Below are positions 36,964 through 46,398 of a stretch of DNA of 64,000 nucleotides, piece by piece (the stretch's first letter is position 1; every line of letters starts with the position of its first letter). Location: positions 640,001 to 704,000 of the forward strand of contig OZ242358.1 of NCBI GenBank assembly GCA_965208835.1, given 5' to 3'. A program made the position numbers and the translations under genes. This stretch comes from Candidatus Latescibacterota bacterium (lineage in GTDB: Bacteria > Latescibacterota > UBA2968 > GCA-2709665). Below the pieces are notes generated by a model, which made no database searches, was not told the origin of the DNA, and saw only the letters and a program-made list of their open reading frames with translations.

Positions 36964-39900
36964 ATGAAATCGGACCAGGAGTCGGTCGGACTTAAAGTCG
37001 ACGAATTGAAGGACATGCACCTGGAGACGTTACTGGCGGCCGACGGCCGACCCGGAGTGAAGATCGTCATCGGGGACAGCCCCGCCCACCGGCGTCTGGC
37101 TGTGCGAATCGTCGAACGGATTGAGGCCACCACAGGCGCCCGTTTGCCGGTCGTCCGCGCCGACGATGCGTCAGCCGCCAGGGGACTGTTCGACACACAC
37201 GTGGTCGCACTGGGAAACATGGCGGACAACCCCTTCGTCCGCTGGCTGTATTACCAGTGGTGGGCGATCGAAGATCTCTGTTATCCAGGTGAGGGAGGGT
37301 ATACGCTGCGGACGCTGCACAACCTGCTGGGAAACGGAAGGAACGCGGTCCTGTTGGGAGCCAGCGACGAAGCCGGTCTGGACCGCGCGGCTTCGCGGTT
37401 TCTGGAGCGAGTCGGCACGGGCGCGAGGCCGCGTTTCGGATGGCTGATGGACGTCGAGCCCGGCACGGCCTTCGATTCGCTCCAGCAGCCGCCTGACGGC
37501 TGGCTGGACGAGCGACGCGAGGACTACATCCGGCAGGTCAGCCAGCCGCATGCGTCCAAGGCCGGGGCGGGGCACGGGATGGTTACCGAGGCGGGAAGGC
37601 AGGGGTTCGCGTATCATCGGACGGGATATGAGGTCCATGCCAGAGCATTACGCGAAGCGGTGGATGCGCACCTGAAGATGGGGGAGCACGGCGTGATGGC
37701 GCATTTCAACGTGTGGTGGCTGGCGGTGATCTGGGACCTGATCGAGGAGAGTCCGGTTTTCTCCGATGCGGACCGCCTGCGGATCACGCGCTATCTGCTG
37801 TGGCTGATGGACTCGAACGAAGGCGCATACAACAGGTTTTTCCGTGAGGGCGTTGGTCACAGGATGGTGAGACAGAACCACCAGACGCTGGTGGGCCTGT
37901 CGTCGTGGTTCGCGGGTCGATACTTCGCCACTCACTATGGCATGCCTGAGGCAGCGGAATGGCAGGCGGCGTCCGCGGACCTGTTCAAGGGACAGGCGGC
38001 ATCGTTCAAGCCCACAGAGGATGCGAATGCCTACCAGTGGACGACGCTGGATCATCTTCTGACCTATACGCTCGCAAGCGGGGACATGACGTACGTGGAC
38101 AACGGAAACTGCCTCCGGTCGCTGGACCAGGCGGTGTTGTACTGCAACAACCGCGGCGCGATGCCGCCGTTCGGCGACTCCGGTGGATGCCAGGTGCCGC
38201 CGCCTGCCAGTTTCCTGGCCAAGGCGGGGCACGTGCTGGGGGACGGACGCGCGGAGTTCCTCATTCGCTCACATTCGGACCGGGTGTCGCTCATCCATGG
38301 ATTCGAGAAATATTGCGGCGACGGACTGGCGCCCGAAGCGCCCTCGGATATGTCCGGCGTGCGGGTGCTGGAGGTCGCGAAGGGCTTCTACGAATTCGCC
38401 ACCGAGCCGAAAGCCCGTCCCTCCGAGGTAAAGCGTTTAAACCTGCCTCGTGACGAGGCCTTCGACACCCTGTGTTTTCGCGAGGGGTTCGACCGGGAGG
38501 ATCAGTACCTGATGATCCACGGGATATCATACGGTAACCACGGGCACGACGACGGAAACACCATCGTGGAGTTTTCGGCGAACGACCGGGTGTTCCTGGT
38601 GGATGCCTCGTACACGGAGGGGCCCACCCTGAAACATCACAACGGCGTGACGGCGGTCCGGAACGGAGAGCCCTGGGAGGTACCTGCACTGTGCGGGCTC
38701 GATGGATTGGCGGACCTGGACCGGACGGGCATGAGCCGGACCTCGATGGCTGGGGCGTGGGGAGCGCGATGTACAAGGAACGTGGTCTGGATCAAGGGGC
38801 GTTTCTTCGTGGTCATCGACGAGATCGAGGCCACGGAGGCCGGGACGTTCGCGCTGGAATGCAACTGGCGGTCGCTGGGAACGCCGACGCTGGATCGAGA
38901 TCGGCTGGAGACCGTGCAGCGCGACCCGGACAGCGGGCGGGAGGACCGGTTTGTCCTGGAAGGCGCCGGCGGAGACCGGGTGACGATGGAACGGGACTGG
39001 GAGGCCTTCGGGCACTGGTGGAAGGACTATCCGTATTCCGACGATTACGTCAATATTCTGCGTCAGTCCGTCAGCCGCGAGATGGCGGCGGGCGACCGGC
39101 ACACGTTCATCAATCTGTTCTACGCGACAAACGATGCGAAACCGCTGGACGTGCACATGCGGCGCGTCGGGGAGAACGCGGTCCTCGTGGAGGGATCGGA
39201 AGGGCGGATGTTGATCGGGACAGGCGGCGCGGACGGCACGTTTGCGGTTGGCCCGATTTCGGGAAGTGCGGACGTGTACGCGATCGGAGAGGGGTGGTTC
39301 GCCCTGCTCGGAGGCACGTTGTTGCGGGGAGACGCAACGCTTTTCGAGAGCGACGCGCGGGTGACGGTCGAGTTGGACCTGGCGTCCGGCGAAGGCGTGC
39401 CGACTGCGCTGTGGAGACTTCCTGAATGGCGTCCCGATGGTGGATCTGCTATCCGGAAGGAGTCGGCGCCGCCCCTGCGTGCTCTTTGGTCGCGTGACTT
39501 CGGGTCCGCGGTCCGATGCGCGGCGCGCAGGGGAGAGGGCGTGGTTGCGGGGACGCAGGACGGGCGCGTGGTGGCGCTGTCTCCCGATGGAGAAACCGAT
39601 TGGACGTTTCAGGCCGGGGACGCGGTGCTTTCGGTGTGTGCGGCGGGGCGGAACGGCGACGAGAGCGGTCCGGTGGCAGTCGGCACCAATGACCGATGTC
39701 TCTACTATCTGGATGGCGAAGGCGCCGTGCAGTGGTCGCACAGGTTCGAGATCTTTCGGGGAGGGTGGGCATGGTATACCCGCAATTCTTCCGTCGAGCT
39801 TGTCAAGGCCGCGGACCTTCGAGGCACGGGTCGGCCGGATATCCTGGCGGCGGTCACCGACCGGCAGCTCCATTGTTTCGACGCTGACGGCAACAAGCGC

Positions 39901-40560
39901 TGGAATTTCTTCATCTACGGGATCTTCGACCCGTTCTGCCTGGCCGACGTGGACGGCGACGGGCTGCCCGAGGTGATCGGCGGACCCGGGAGGATATCCT
40001 GCGGGGGTACCTGCTATGTGCTGGATGCGGACGGAAATGAGATCGCACAAAACGGGCTGGACGGATGGCCGTCGATGCTACCGGGGTGCGATGTGTATCT
40101 GTACGGGAGCGGCGACAATCTGATCGCGTGCGGAACGACCCGGTCGAAGGTACACGCGCTGAGACTCGACGGTCAGAAGCTGGCGCACCTTTGGACCCGG
40201 GACGTGGGCGAAGAGGTGCACGCGGTCGCCGCGGTGGATCTGGATGGCGACGGGAAGCCCGAGGTGGCGGCCGGTTCGGACTGTTACTACCTCTACCTGT
40301 TCGACGAAAACGGGACCGAGCGATGGCGGCGCAACCTGGAGGCCCCGGTGCGGCGGCTGTTTGCCTCCGACGTGAATCAGGATGGCGCGCCGGAGATCGT
40401 CGCCGGGTGTGAAGACGGGAGCGTCTGGATCCTGGACGGAGACGGACGGACCCTCGGCCTTCACCGTACCGAGGCAAAGATTCACGCCCTGACGCCGCAC
40501 GAGGACGGCCGCCTTCTGCTTGGATCTTCGGACGGGACGTTGTCGATGCTGGGTCTGTGA
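36964..40560 (+). CDS. Heparinase II/III-like + FG-GAP/PQQ beta-propeller protein (paralog 3 of 4, close copy of 8515-12252)
   Basis: Long identical stretches with the 8515 protein (RFFREGVGHRMVRQNHQTLV, FLVDASYTEGPTLKHHNGVTAVR). ATG 36964 follows AGGAGGA. Confidence 0.75.
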   Translation: MKSDQESVGLKVDELKDMHLETLLAADGRPGVKIVIGDSPAHRRLAVRIVERIEATTGARLPVVRADDASAARGLFDTHVVALGNMADNPFVRWLYYQWWAIEDLCYPGEGGYTLRTLHNLLGNGRNAVLLGASDEAGLDRAASRFLERVGTGARPRFGWLMDVEPGTAFDSLQQPPDGWLDERREDYIRQVSQPHASKAGAGHGMVTEAGRQGFAYHRTGYEVHARALREAVDAHLKMGEHGVMAHFNVWWLAVIWDLIEESPVFSDADRLRITRYLLWLMDSNEGAYNRFFREGVGHRMVRQNHQTLVGLSSWFAGRYFATHYGMPEAAEWQAASADLFKGQAASFKPTEDANAYQWTTLDHLLTYTLASGDMTYVDNGNCLRSLDQAVLYCNNRGAMPPFGDSGGCQVPPPASFLAKAGHVLGDGRAEFLIRSHSDRVSLIHGFEKYCGDGLAPEAPSDMSGVRVLEVAKGFYEFATEPKARPSEVKRLNLPRDEAFDTLCFREGFDREDQYLMIHGISYGNHGHDDGNTIVEFSANDRVFLVDASYTEGPTLKHHNGVTAVRNGEPWEVPALCGLDGLADLDRTGMSRTSMAGAWGARCTRNVVWIKGRFFVVIDEIEATEAGTFALECNWRSLGTPTLDRDRLETVQRDPDSGREDRFVLEGAGGDRVTMERDWEAFGHWWKDYPYSDDYVNILRQSVSREMAAGDRHTFINLFYATNDAKPLDVHMRRVGENAVLVEGSEGRMLIGTGGADGTFAVGPISGSADVYAIGEGWFALLGGTLLRGDATLFESDARVTVELDLASGEGVPTALWRLPEWRPDGGSAIRKESAPPLRALWSRDFGSAVRCAARRGEGVVAGTQDGRVVALSPDGETDWTFQAGDAVLSVCAAGRNGDESGPVAVGTNDRCLYYLDGEGAVQWSHRFEIFRGGWAWYTRNSSVELVKAADLRGTGRPDILAAVTDRQLHCFDADGNKRWNFFIYGIFDPFCLADVDGDGLPEVIGGPGRISCGGTCYVLDADGNEIAQNGLDGWPSMLPGCDVYLYGSGDNLIACGTTRSKVHALRLDGQKLAHLWTRDVGEEVHAVAAVDLDGDGKPEVAAGSDCYYLYLFDENGTERWRRNLEAPVRRLFASDVNQDGAPEIVAGCEDGSVWILDGDGRTLGLHRTEAKIHALTPHEDGRLLLGSSDGTLSMLGL

Positions 40561-40648
40561 TCACGTAGACCGCGCGGCAGTTGTCCCTGGTAGCGGTCGC
40601 CGTGAATTCGAAATCGCCCCGCTCCGGAGCACTCTACAGGAGATTACC

Positions 40649-41641
40649 ATGTCGAAAATGCTGCGTGTCGGGTTGGTCGGATGCGGCGGGCAGAGCCGCC
40701 TCAATCTCGCTCCGGCTTTCTCCCGGACAGACTCCGCCCGGCTGGTTTCGTGCGCTGACGTGGATGAAGTCAGGGCGCGACAGGTGGCCGACGCGTTCGG
40801 AATCGATGCGGTACACGATTCCGCGGAGGAAGTCACGGAATGCGTCGACGTGGACGCGGTGGTCGTGGCCGTCCCTCACCGCTTCCTCAAGGACGTGGCC
40901 CTGTCGGCCATCGACGCCGGGAAGCACGTCTTTATCGAGAAGCCCATGGGTCTCAATGCGGCGGAAGGCGCCGAGGTGGTGGATGCCGCGGAAAGCCGGG
41001 GTGTGGTGGCCATGGTCGGCTATTGCATGCGCTATTCTCTCAGCAGGATGTTCATCAAGTCCCTGCTTGATCGAGGCGCTGTCGGAGACGTCAGCTTCGT
41101 GGCGGCCGGAAAGGGCGGCGGTCCATTGGGAGGGTGGCTCGGTGGACCATACGCGGAAGGCGGCGGTCAGCTCCTCTTTCTGGGCTCCCACCTGACCGAC
41201 CAGGTACTCTGGATGACGGGCGACGAGGCCGAGTCGGTTTCGGGAATCGTGAGATGGAACGCGGGAGGGACGGACGAGACGTCTGCCTATACCGTGCGGC
41301 TCAAGGGAGGCGCCGTGGCGACGTTTTCCGTCTCCCAGGCATCCGGCGTCGGGTACGACTTCGTCGACGTGTACGGAACCCGCGGGCGGGTTCGTGGCGA
41401 CTGGAAGGGCGACGTCGTGACCGTGGAGAGCCGGGTGATCCCTGAATACGCGCATCCCACCGTCCTGCGCATTCCCGGCGACAATCTCGAAGAGATGTGC
41501 TACCGGGAACTGGCCGCGTTCGTCGAGGCCGCAAACTCCGGAGTACGTGCTCCCGTCCCGGTATCGGACGGTCTTCGCGTGCTCCGAATCCTCGACGCCG
41601 TCGTCACATCGTCCAATTCGGAGAGCTGGATCGAGTTGTAG
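40649..41641 (+). CDS. Gfo/Idh/MocA family oxidoreductase
   Basis: GLVGCGG, VAVPHRFL, VFIEKPMG, GGGQLLFLGSHLTD. ATG 40649 follows AGGAG. Confidence 0.9.
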   Translation: MSKMLRVGLVGCGGQSRLNLAPAFSRTDSARLVSCADVDEVRARQVADAFGIDAVHDSAEEVTECVDVDAVVVAVPHRFLKDVALSAIDAGKHVFIEKPMGLNAAEGAEVVDAAESRGVVAMVGYCMRYSLSRMFIKSLLDRGAVGDVSFVAAGKGGGPLGGWLGGPYAEGGGQLLFLGSHLTDQVLWMTGDEAESVSGIVRWNAGGTDETSAYTVRLKGGAVATFSVSQASGVGYDFVDVYGTRGRVRGDWKGDVVTVESRVIPEYAHPTVLRIPGDNLEEMCYRELAAFVEAANSGVRAPVPVSDGLRVLRILDAVVTSSNSESWIEL

Positions 41642-41645
41642 CCGC

Positions 41646-41669
41646 AGGGCGGGGGCAAGACCTCGCCCT
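41646..41669. repeat. Short REP-like GC hairpin
   Basis: AGGGCGGGG-GCAAGA-CCTCGCCCT, intergenic, with the same GCAGGGCG foot as the 4714 hairpin. Confidence 0.45.
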
Positions 41670-41709
41670 CCGGCCCCTCAGACAAAGCTGTCAGCCAGAG
41701 GCGAAAGGC

Positions 41710-42882
41710 ATGTGGAAAGACCACGCGGTGATCCGATTGAATCCGGACGGAGAACCGGTTGAACTCCCCGCCCGCTCTCAGATCGTGACCGAGAGCTGGA
41801 ACCGTGTGGTTGCCGTGCCCCATATCGTGTATATGCCGGAAGAAGACCGCGTGCTGATGTTGGCGGGCTGCGATTATCCGGGCAGTCCCTGGGTACACTA
41901 CGCCATAGTCCTGTCCAGCGGCGACAGGGGCGCTACATGGAGCGCCCCCACGTACGTACATACCGACGCGCAGGGCAACCCCGCCTGCGGGCTCGGCCAC
42001 GCGCTGACCTATCTGGGTGAGGGCAGGGTGATGATGTATTCCTGCCATCCGCCTTCGCGATGGTTCAGCTCGGATTTTGGAGAGACGTGGGGCGACACGG
42101 TGCCCGTGGAGCCGGCGCCGGGCGGGAGGACGTGGATGGCCTGGGACCCGGTTCTGGTGGACAGAGATCCCGGGACCGGCAGGGTGACGCGTCTGATGGA
42201 AACGGGCTATTGGGGCGATTCCGTGACCATGGACTCGCAGGCCTACGTCAGATTCAGCACGGACGGGGGACGAACATGGACCGGCGCGCATCACGTACCG
42301 GAGTTCGCAGGCGTCAACGAGGTCTGCCCTGTTCGGGCGACGAACGGCGACATCGTTGCAACCTGCCGGACGGATCCTCCTGAGGCCTATAAGGGCCTTC
42401 AATTCGATCACTACGAGGGTTTCGGGATTTCCATCTCACGAGATAACGGTTATACGTGGAGTGAAGTCGACCAACTCTTCGACTGGGGGCGCCACCACGC
42501 CAGCACGGTGCTTCTGCCATGTGGCGCCATTGCAGTAACGTACGTGGTTCGTCTTGGCTACTCCGACACCGGTGAAGGATTTCCCCGGTTCGGTATCGAG
42601 GCGGTCGTGAGCCGCGACAACGGGCGCACGTGGGACCTGGACCGCCGTTACATCCTCGCCGCATGGACGGGAAACAGGAAGGGTTCGCCGTCGCCCGAAG
42701 GCAAGCTGCGCTCCGGCGGCTGGCATGCGAGCCCCCACACGACGTCCTCACTTGTGCTCCCGGACGGGTCCATACTGACGGCGTACGGGACGGGTTACCG
42801 CCAGCGCGACGATGCCTTTGGACCCGGACTTTACGGCCCGCGAGACGTGGGTCTGGTCGAATGGAAAATCGAGACGGAATAG
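41710..42882 (+). CDS. BNR/Asp-box repeat (sialidase-fold) protein, no signal peptide
   Basis: Five Asp boxes: SGDRGATW, SSDFGETW, STDGGRTW, SRDNGYTW, SRDNGRTW. Confidence 0.85.
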   Translation: MWKDHAVIRLNPDGEPVELPARSQIVTESWNRVVAVPHIVYMPEEDRVLMLAGCDYPGSPWVHYAIVLSSGDRGATWSAPTYVHTDAQGNPACGLGHALTYLGEGRVMMYSCHPPSRWFSSDFGETWGDTVPVEPAPGGRTWMAWDPVLVDRDPGTGRVTRLMETGYWGDSVTMDSQAYVRFSTDGGRTWTGAHHVPEFAGVNEVCPVRATNGDIVATCRTDPPEAYKGLQFDHYEGFGISISRDNGYTWSEVDQLFDWGRHHASTVLLPCGAIAVTYVVRLGYSDTGEGFPRFGIEAVVSRDNGRTWDLDRRYILAAWTGNRKGSPSPEGKLRSGGWHASPHTTSSLVLPDGSILTAYGTGYRQRDDAFGPGLYGPRDVGLVEWKIETE

Positions 42883-42981
42883 GGACTGCGCGCGGTCGTC
42901 TCCCTGGGGGAGCGAGCCGCCACCCTGCAAGCCTTAATCGAGACCGCCGAACAGGCGTTCGTCACAGCGAAAGGGGCGGGT

Positions 42982-43752
42982 ATGATTACCGATCAACAGG
43001 TCGAATTCTTCCAGACGTTCGGCTTTCTTCCGCTGCGAGAAGCGTTCAGTGCGGATGAAATGACCGCCATCGGAGACACGTTCGACGACATGTTGGCGAA
43101 AGACCGGGAGGGTCGGCCGTTTCCAGGCGAGACGAGGCAGGCGCTCTACGGAATCGCGGAACGAAACCCGCTGCTGGCGGACCTGGCCCAGGACGACCGC
43201 ATCTATTCAACCGTGGAACGCCTGCTGGGGCCGGGATTTCACTGGCTCTGCTCCGAGGGCAATCTGTACGTGGGTGAAACGGAATGGCATCCCGATGGCA
43301 GCCGGCTGAACTTTCCGCCGATGAAGGTCTCGCTCTATCTGGATACCCTCACAAGAGCCACGGGCTGCCTGCGGGTGATCCCCGGATCTCACCGCCTGCC
43401 GTTACACGAGGCGCTGAGGCCTATTGAAAAACTGGGCGTGCCCGGCACGGACGTACCGTGCCACTTTCTGGAGTCCAATCCGGGCGACGTTCTGTTCCTG
43501 AACATGAACATCTGGCACGCGGCCTATGGCGGCGCGGTGGGACGACGCCACCTTGCGGTGAATTTCGTTCCTGAGGCCACGGAGCCTGAGCACGTCGAGT
43601 TGATGAAAACGAACCACCGCACCCTGATCAATCTCATGGAGCGGTTTCAGTACAGCCAGCCGGGCCGGGCTTTCACCGACGATTTTCTGAACAGCGAAAG
43701 GCCGCGTATCCGCCGCATGGCCTCGAAGTGGGTGGAACTCGGCCTGCAATAG
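42982..43752 (+). CDS. Phytanoyl-CoA dioxygenase (PhyH)-family Fe(II)/2-oxoglutarate oxygenase
   Basis: QVEFFQTFGFL, WHPD, GCLRVIPGSH, PGDVLF...WHA, RR. Confidence 0.88.
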   Translation: MITDQQVEFFQTFGFLPLREAFSADEMTAIGDTFDDMLAKDREGRPFPGETRQALYGIAERNPLLADLAQDDRIYSTVERLLGPGFHWLCSEGNLYVGETEWHPDGSRLNFPPMKVSLYLDTLTRATGCLRVIPGSHRLPLHEALRPIEKLGVPGTDVPCHFLESNPGDVLFLNMNIWHAAYGGAVGRRHLAVNFVPEATEPEHVELMKTNHRTLINLMERFQYSQPGRAFTDDFLNSERPRIRRMASKWVELGLQ

Positions 43753-43839
43753 TGTTCTTTCACGGCAGCTGATCGCCGGATGGTGACACGTTTCCGGGAC
43801 TGGACACGGAAGATCGTGTCGAATTTGGGAGGCATCGGA

Positions 43840-44811
43840 ATGCGCAAACGGATCCGCATTTCCGAAAGGGACGGGTTCAATAGAAGGAATTTCCCGTGCG
43901 CGGTAGCGGTGGACTTCAAGCCCGGCGAGTTCGCCGATGAATGCCAAGCACGCATAGTAGACGCTGGCGGGGAACCACGACCCATGCAGGTGGACGCGCT
44001 GGAGACCTGGGAAGACGGCAGCGTGAAAGCCGCGGAGGTCTCGTTTCCTGCGCGCCTTCCCCCCGGAGGGGAGGAGGTCCTCGCGTTCGAATACGGAGAG
44101 GGGACGCCACCTCCTCCGAGGCAGCAGAACCCCATCAAGGTTCGCGATCGCAAAGACCCGATCGAGGTGCAGCAGGGGCCGGTGATTTACCAGGTCCGGA
44201 AGTGGCGTTTCAACTTCGTGGAGAACGTGATTTTCGACGGCAGGGCGTTTCACGGACCGGGAGCGCCCGGGCCGGCGCTCCTGCGCAAGGACGGCAGGAT
44301 CCTGTTTCCGTCGGGGGAGGTCCGGATCGATGTTGAAACACGGGGTCCCCGGTCGGCCCGCCTGCGAGTGGACGGGAACTACGGCGGTGGATACGAGTTT
44401 GTCGCGTATCTGACCTTTTATTCCGGGGTTTCCTGGTTCCGTGCGGAACACGAGGTCGTGTCGGGCGATGTGTCGCAGATTGCGACAGTAGTCGTCGAAA
44501 ACACCTTCAGCCTGCCGGATGGGCCCCTGGTTTCGGCGTTCGGAGCACGTCAACGGGCCGACGGCGAGGGCACGAGTTGGGCCGTGGTTACGGACAATGC
44601 GGCGACCGTGGACGTCGCGGCCGTCGGCGCGTGGTCGGGGACAGGCTCGGTGCGCTACGAAGTCGAAGCCAACGGGCGCTTCCGTACGGTTTTTCCATCT
44701 CCCGGCGAGCCCGGCGTCTTCTACGTACACTACCTGACGACCCCGCCGATGGACCACCACCATACGCCGGCGGCGGCGATGGCGACGGACCTGGAGTGCC
44801 GGGTATTGTAG
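43840..44811 (+). CDS. Hypothetical beta-rich protein, possibly resembling the N-terminal/central domains of PL26 (PcRGLX-like) lyases
   Basis: PMQVDALETWEDGSVK and VETRGPRSARLRV motifs. ATG 43840 follows GGAGG. The family call is tentative. Confidence 0.5.
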   Translation: MRKRIRISERDGFNRRNFPCAVAVDFKPGEFADECQARIVDAGGEPRPMQVDALETWEDGSVKAAEVSFPARLPPGGEEVLAFEYGEGTPPPPRQQNPIKVRDRKDPIEVQQGPVIYQVRKWRFNFVENVIFDGRAFHGPGAPGPALLRKDGRILFPSGEVRIDVETRGPRSARLRVDGNYGGGYEFVAYLTFYSGVSWFRAEHEVVSGDVSQIATVVVENTFSLPDGPLVSAFGARQRADGEGTSWAVVTDNAATVDVAAVGAWSGTGSVRYEVEANGRFRTVFPSPGEPGVFYVHYLTTPPMDHHHTPAAAMATDLECRVL

Positions 44812-44831
44812 AGTCAGAGGCAGGCGAGACC

Positions 44832-45884
44832 GTGAACAAGACGACGTACCGCGTGGGGATCATCGGCTGCGGGCGCATGGCCAGTACGATGGACGACGAG
44901 AAGCGCCGGCAGCCGGGCCGAGTACCCCAGCCCGGTGTCCTGGCGGGCGCCTACGGGCAGGTGGAAAGAACCCGGGTCGTGGCCGCGGCGGATATCCACG
45001 AGGAGAAACTGGCGGATTTTTCCGCCCGCTGGGGCGTACGTAGCCTCTATACCGACTATCGCGAAATGCTGGCGGCGGAAGCGCTGGACATCGTCAGCGT
45101 GGCGACGCATGCGCATCTGCACGCAGAGATGACGGTGGCGGCCGCCGAAGCGGGCGTGAAAGCAGTCCTGTCCGAGAAGGCGATGGCAACCAGCCTGCCG
45201 GAAGCGGACCGCATGATCGAAGCCTGCCGCGAGGCGGGAACCACGCTGGCGATCCTCTATCACAACAGGTGGGATCCGCTGATGGTCCGCGTGAAAGAAC
45301 TGATCGCCGAGGGCACGATCGGGGAGCTGATCAGCATCGCGGGCAATATGGGCCCCGAACTGGTGCACGAGGCGACCCACATGTTCGACCTGATGCGGTT
45401 CTGGTCGGGCGGCGAGGCGGAGTGGGTGTTCGGCCAACTTGACGGCGCGCGGGAGCCCCACGAAGACCCGGGAGGCAGCGGATACATTCAGTTCCATAAC
45501 GGAATGCACGCCTTCGTAAACGCCGTTGAAGGTTGTCCTGTGGGATTCGAATTCGACCTGGTGGGCACGAATGGGAGGATCCGGATCGGTTACCACGTCG
45601 ACGAACTCTGGACCTTGTCGGAAGACGTCTATGAGGGACGTGCCCTGATCGGGCGGAAGATACCCCAGAATATTGAAGCCAGGAGCGGGGTCGTAAAGGC
45701 GATCGAGGAACTGGTAACGTGTATCGATGAGGGAAAGACGCCTTCCTGCACTGGCGAGGACGGTCGCAGGGCGCTGGAGATCGCGCTGGCATTCCACATA
45801 TCCCACCGCGAGGGTGGGTCGAAAGTCACATTGCCGCTGCAGGATACCTCTTTGACGGTTACGAACCCGAAGTATTATAGTTGA
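44832..45884 (+). CDS. Gfo/Idh/MocA family oxidoreductase
   Basis: GIIGCGRMA, VSVATHAHLH, SEKAMA, HEATHMFD. GTG 44832 used because the ORF-track start overlaps the upstream gene. Confidence 0.88.
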   Translation: MNKTTYRVGIIGCGRMASTMDDEKRRQPGRVPQPGVLAGAYGQVERTRVVAAADIHEEKLADFSARWGVRSLYTDYREMLAAEALDIVSVATHAHLHAEMTVAAAEAGVKAVLSEKAMATSLPEADRMIEACREAGTTLAILYHNRWDPLMVRVKELIAEGTIGELISIAGNMGPELVHEATHMFDLMRFWSGGEAEWVFGQLDGAREPHEDPGGSGYIQFHNGMHAFVNAVEGCPVGFEFDLVGTNGRIRIGYHVDELWTLSEDVYEGRALIGRKIPQNIEARSGVVKAIEELVTCIDEGKTPSCTGEDGRRALEIALAFHISHREGGSKVTLPLQDTSLTVTNPKYYS

Positions 45885-45893
45885 GAACAAGCA

Positions 45894-46009
45894 GCTGTCA
45901 GCCGTCAGCCATCAGCCTGAATCGAGACCTCTCTCCCCGGCCCCTCTCCTGAAGGAAAGGGGGAGGAAACCAGCCACCAGCCGTCAGCGATCAGCATTTC
46001 AGCCTGAAT
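45894..46009 (+). repeat. Two GCNRTCA heptamer arrays, each ending GCCTGAAT, bracketing a CCCCTCTCC/GGAAAGGGG hairpin
   Basis: GCTGTCA-GCCGTCA-GCCATCA-GCCTGAAT (45894-45922), hairpin unit 45928-45965, GCCACCA-GCCGTCA-GCGATCA-GCATTTCA-GCCTGAAT (45973-46009). Confidence 0.8.
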
Positions 46010-46069
46010 AAAAGAACCCCGAACAGTTCACGTCTGTGACGACTGCTCGTTCAAATTTATGTCATCTGC

Positions 46070-46106
46070 TTGACATCGGGTCGTAGTATACATACATTGT
46101 ATGTAT
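46070..46106 (+). promoter_or_regulatory. sigma70 promoter with overlapping palindromic operator for brnTA
   Basis: TTGACA (46070-46075), 17 nt, TACATT (46093-46098). Perfect inverted repeat ATACATACA-T-TGTATGTAT (46088-46106). Confidence 0.75.
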
Positions 46107-46398
46107 GGAGAGAATCCGGTTTGGATGGGACGTTCGAAAGGAACGAGCGAACTACAGGAAACATCGGGTCTCGTTCGAAGAGGCGAGGACGGCCTTTTAC
46201 GATGAAAACGCGGTTCAATTCTTCGATCCCGACCATTCAGAAGATGAAGACCGGTTCCTGCTGCTGGGTATGAGCTTTAAACTGCGTGTGCTTGTTGTCT
46301 GCCATTGTTTTCGAGAGAGTGAAACGATCGTACGCATCATCTCCGCTCGAAAGGCCAATAAGACCGAAGAACTTGACTACTGGAGGAGACGCTCATGA
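46105..46398 (+). CDS. brnT: BrnT family ribonuclease toxin
   Basis: FGWDVRKERANYRKHRVSFEEA, DPDHSEDEDRF, RIISARKA. Confidence 0.92.
   Translation: MERIRFGWDVRKERANYRKHRVSFEEARTAFYDENAVQFFDPDHSEDEDRFLLLGMSFKLRVLVVCHCFRESETIVRIISARKANKTEELDYWRRRS

Noticed and set aside
45894-46009. Repeat-spacer-repeat pattern as a CRISPR array
   Set aside because: Only two degenerate heptamer arrays, no constant 25-45 bp repeat with unique spacers, and no cas genes.
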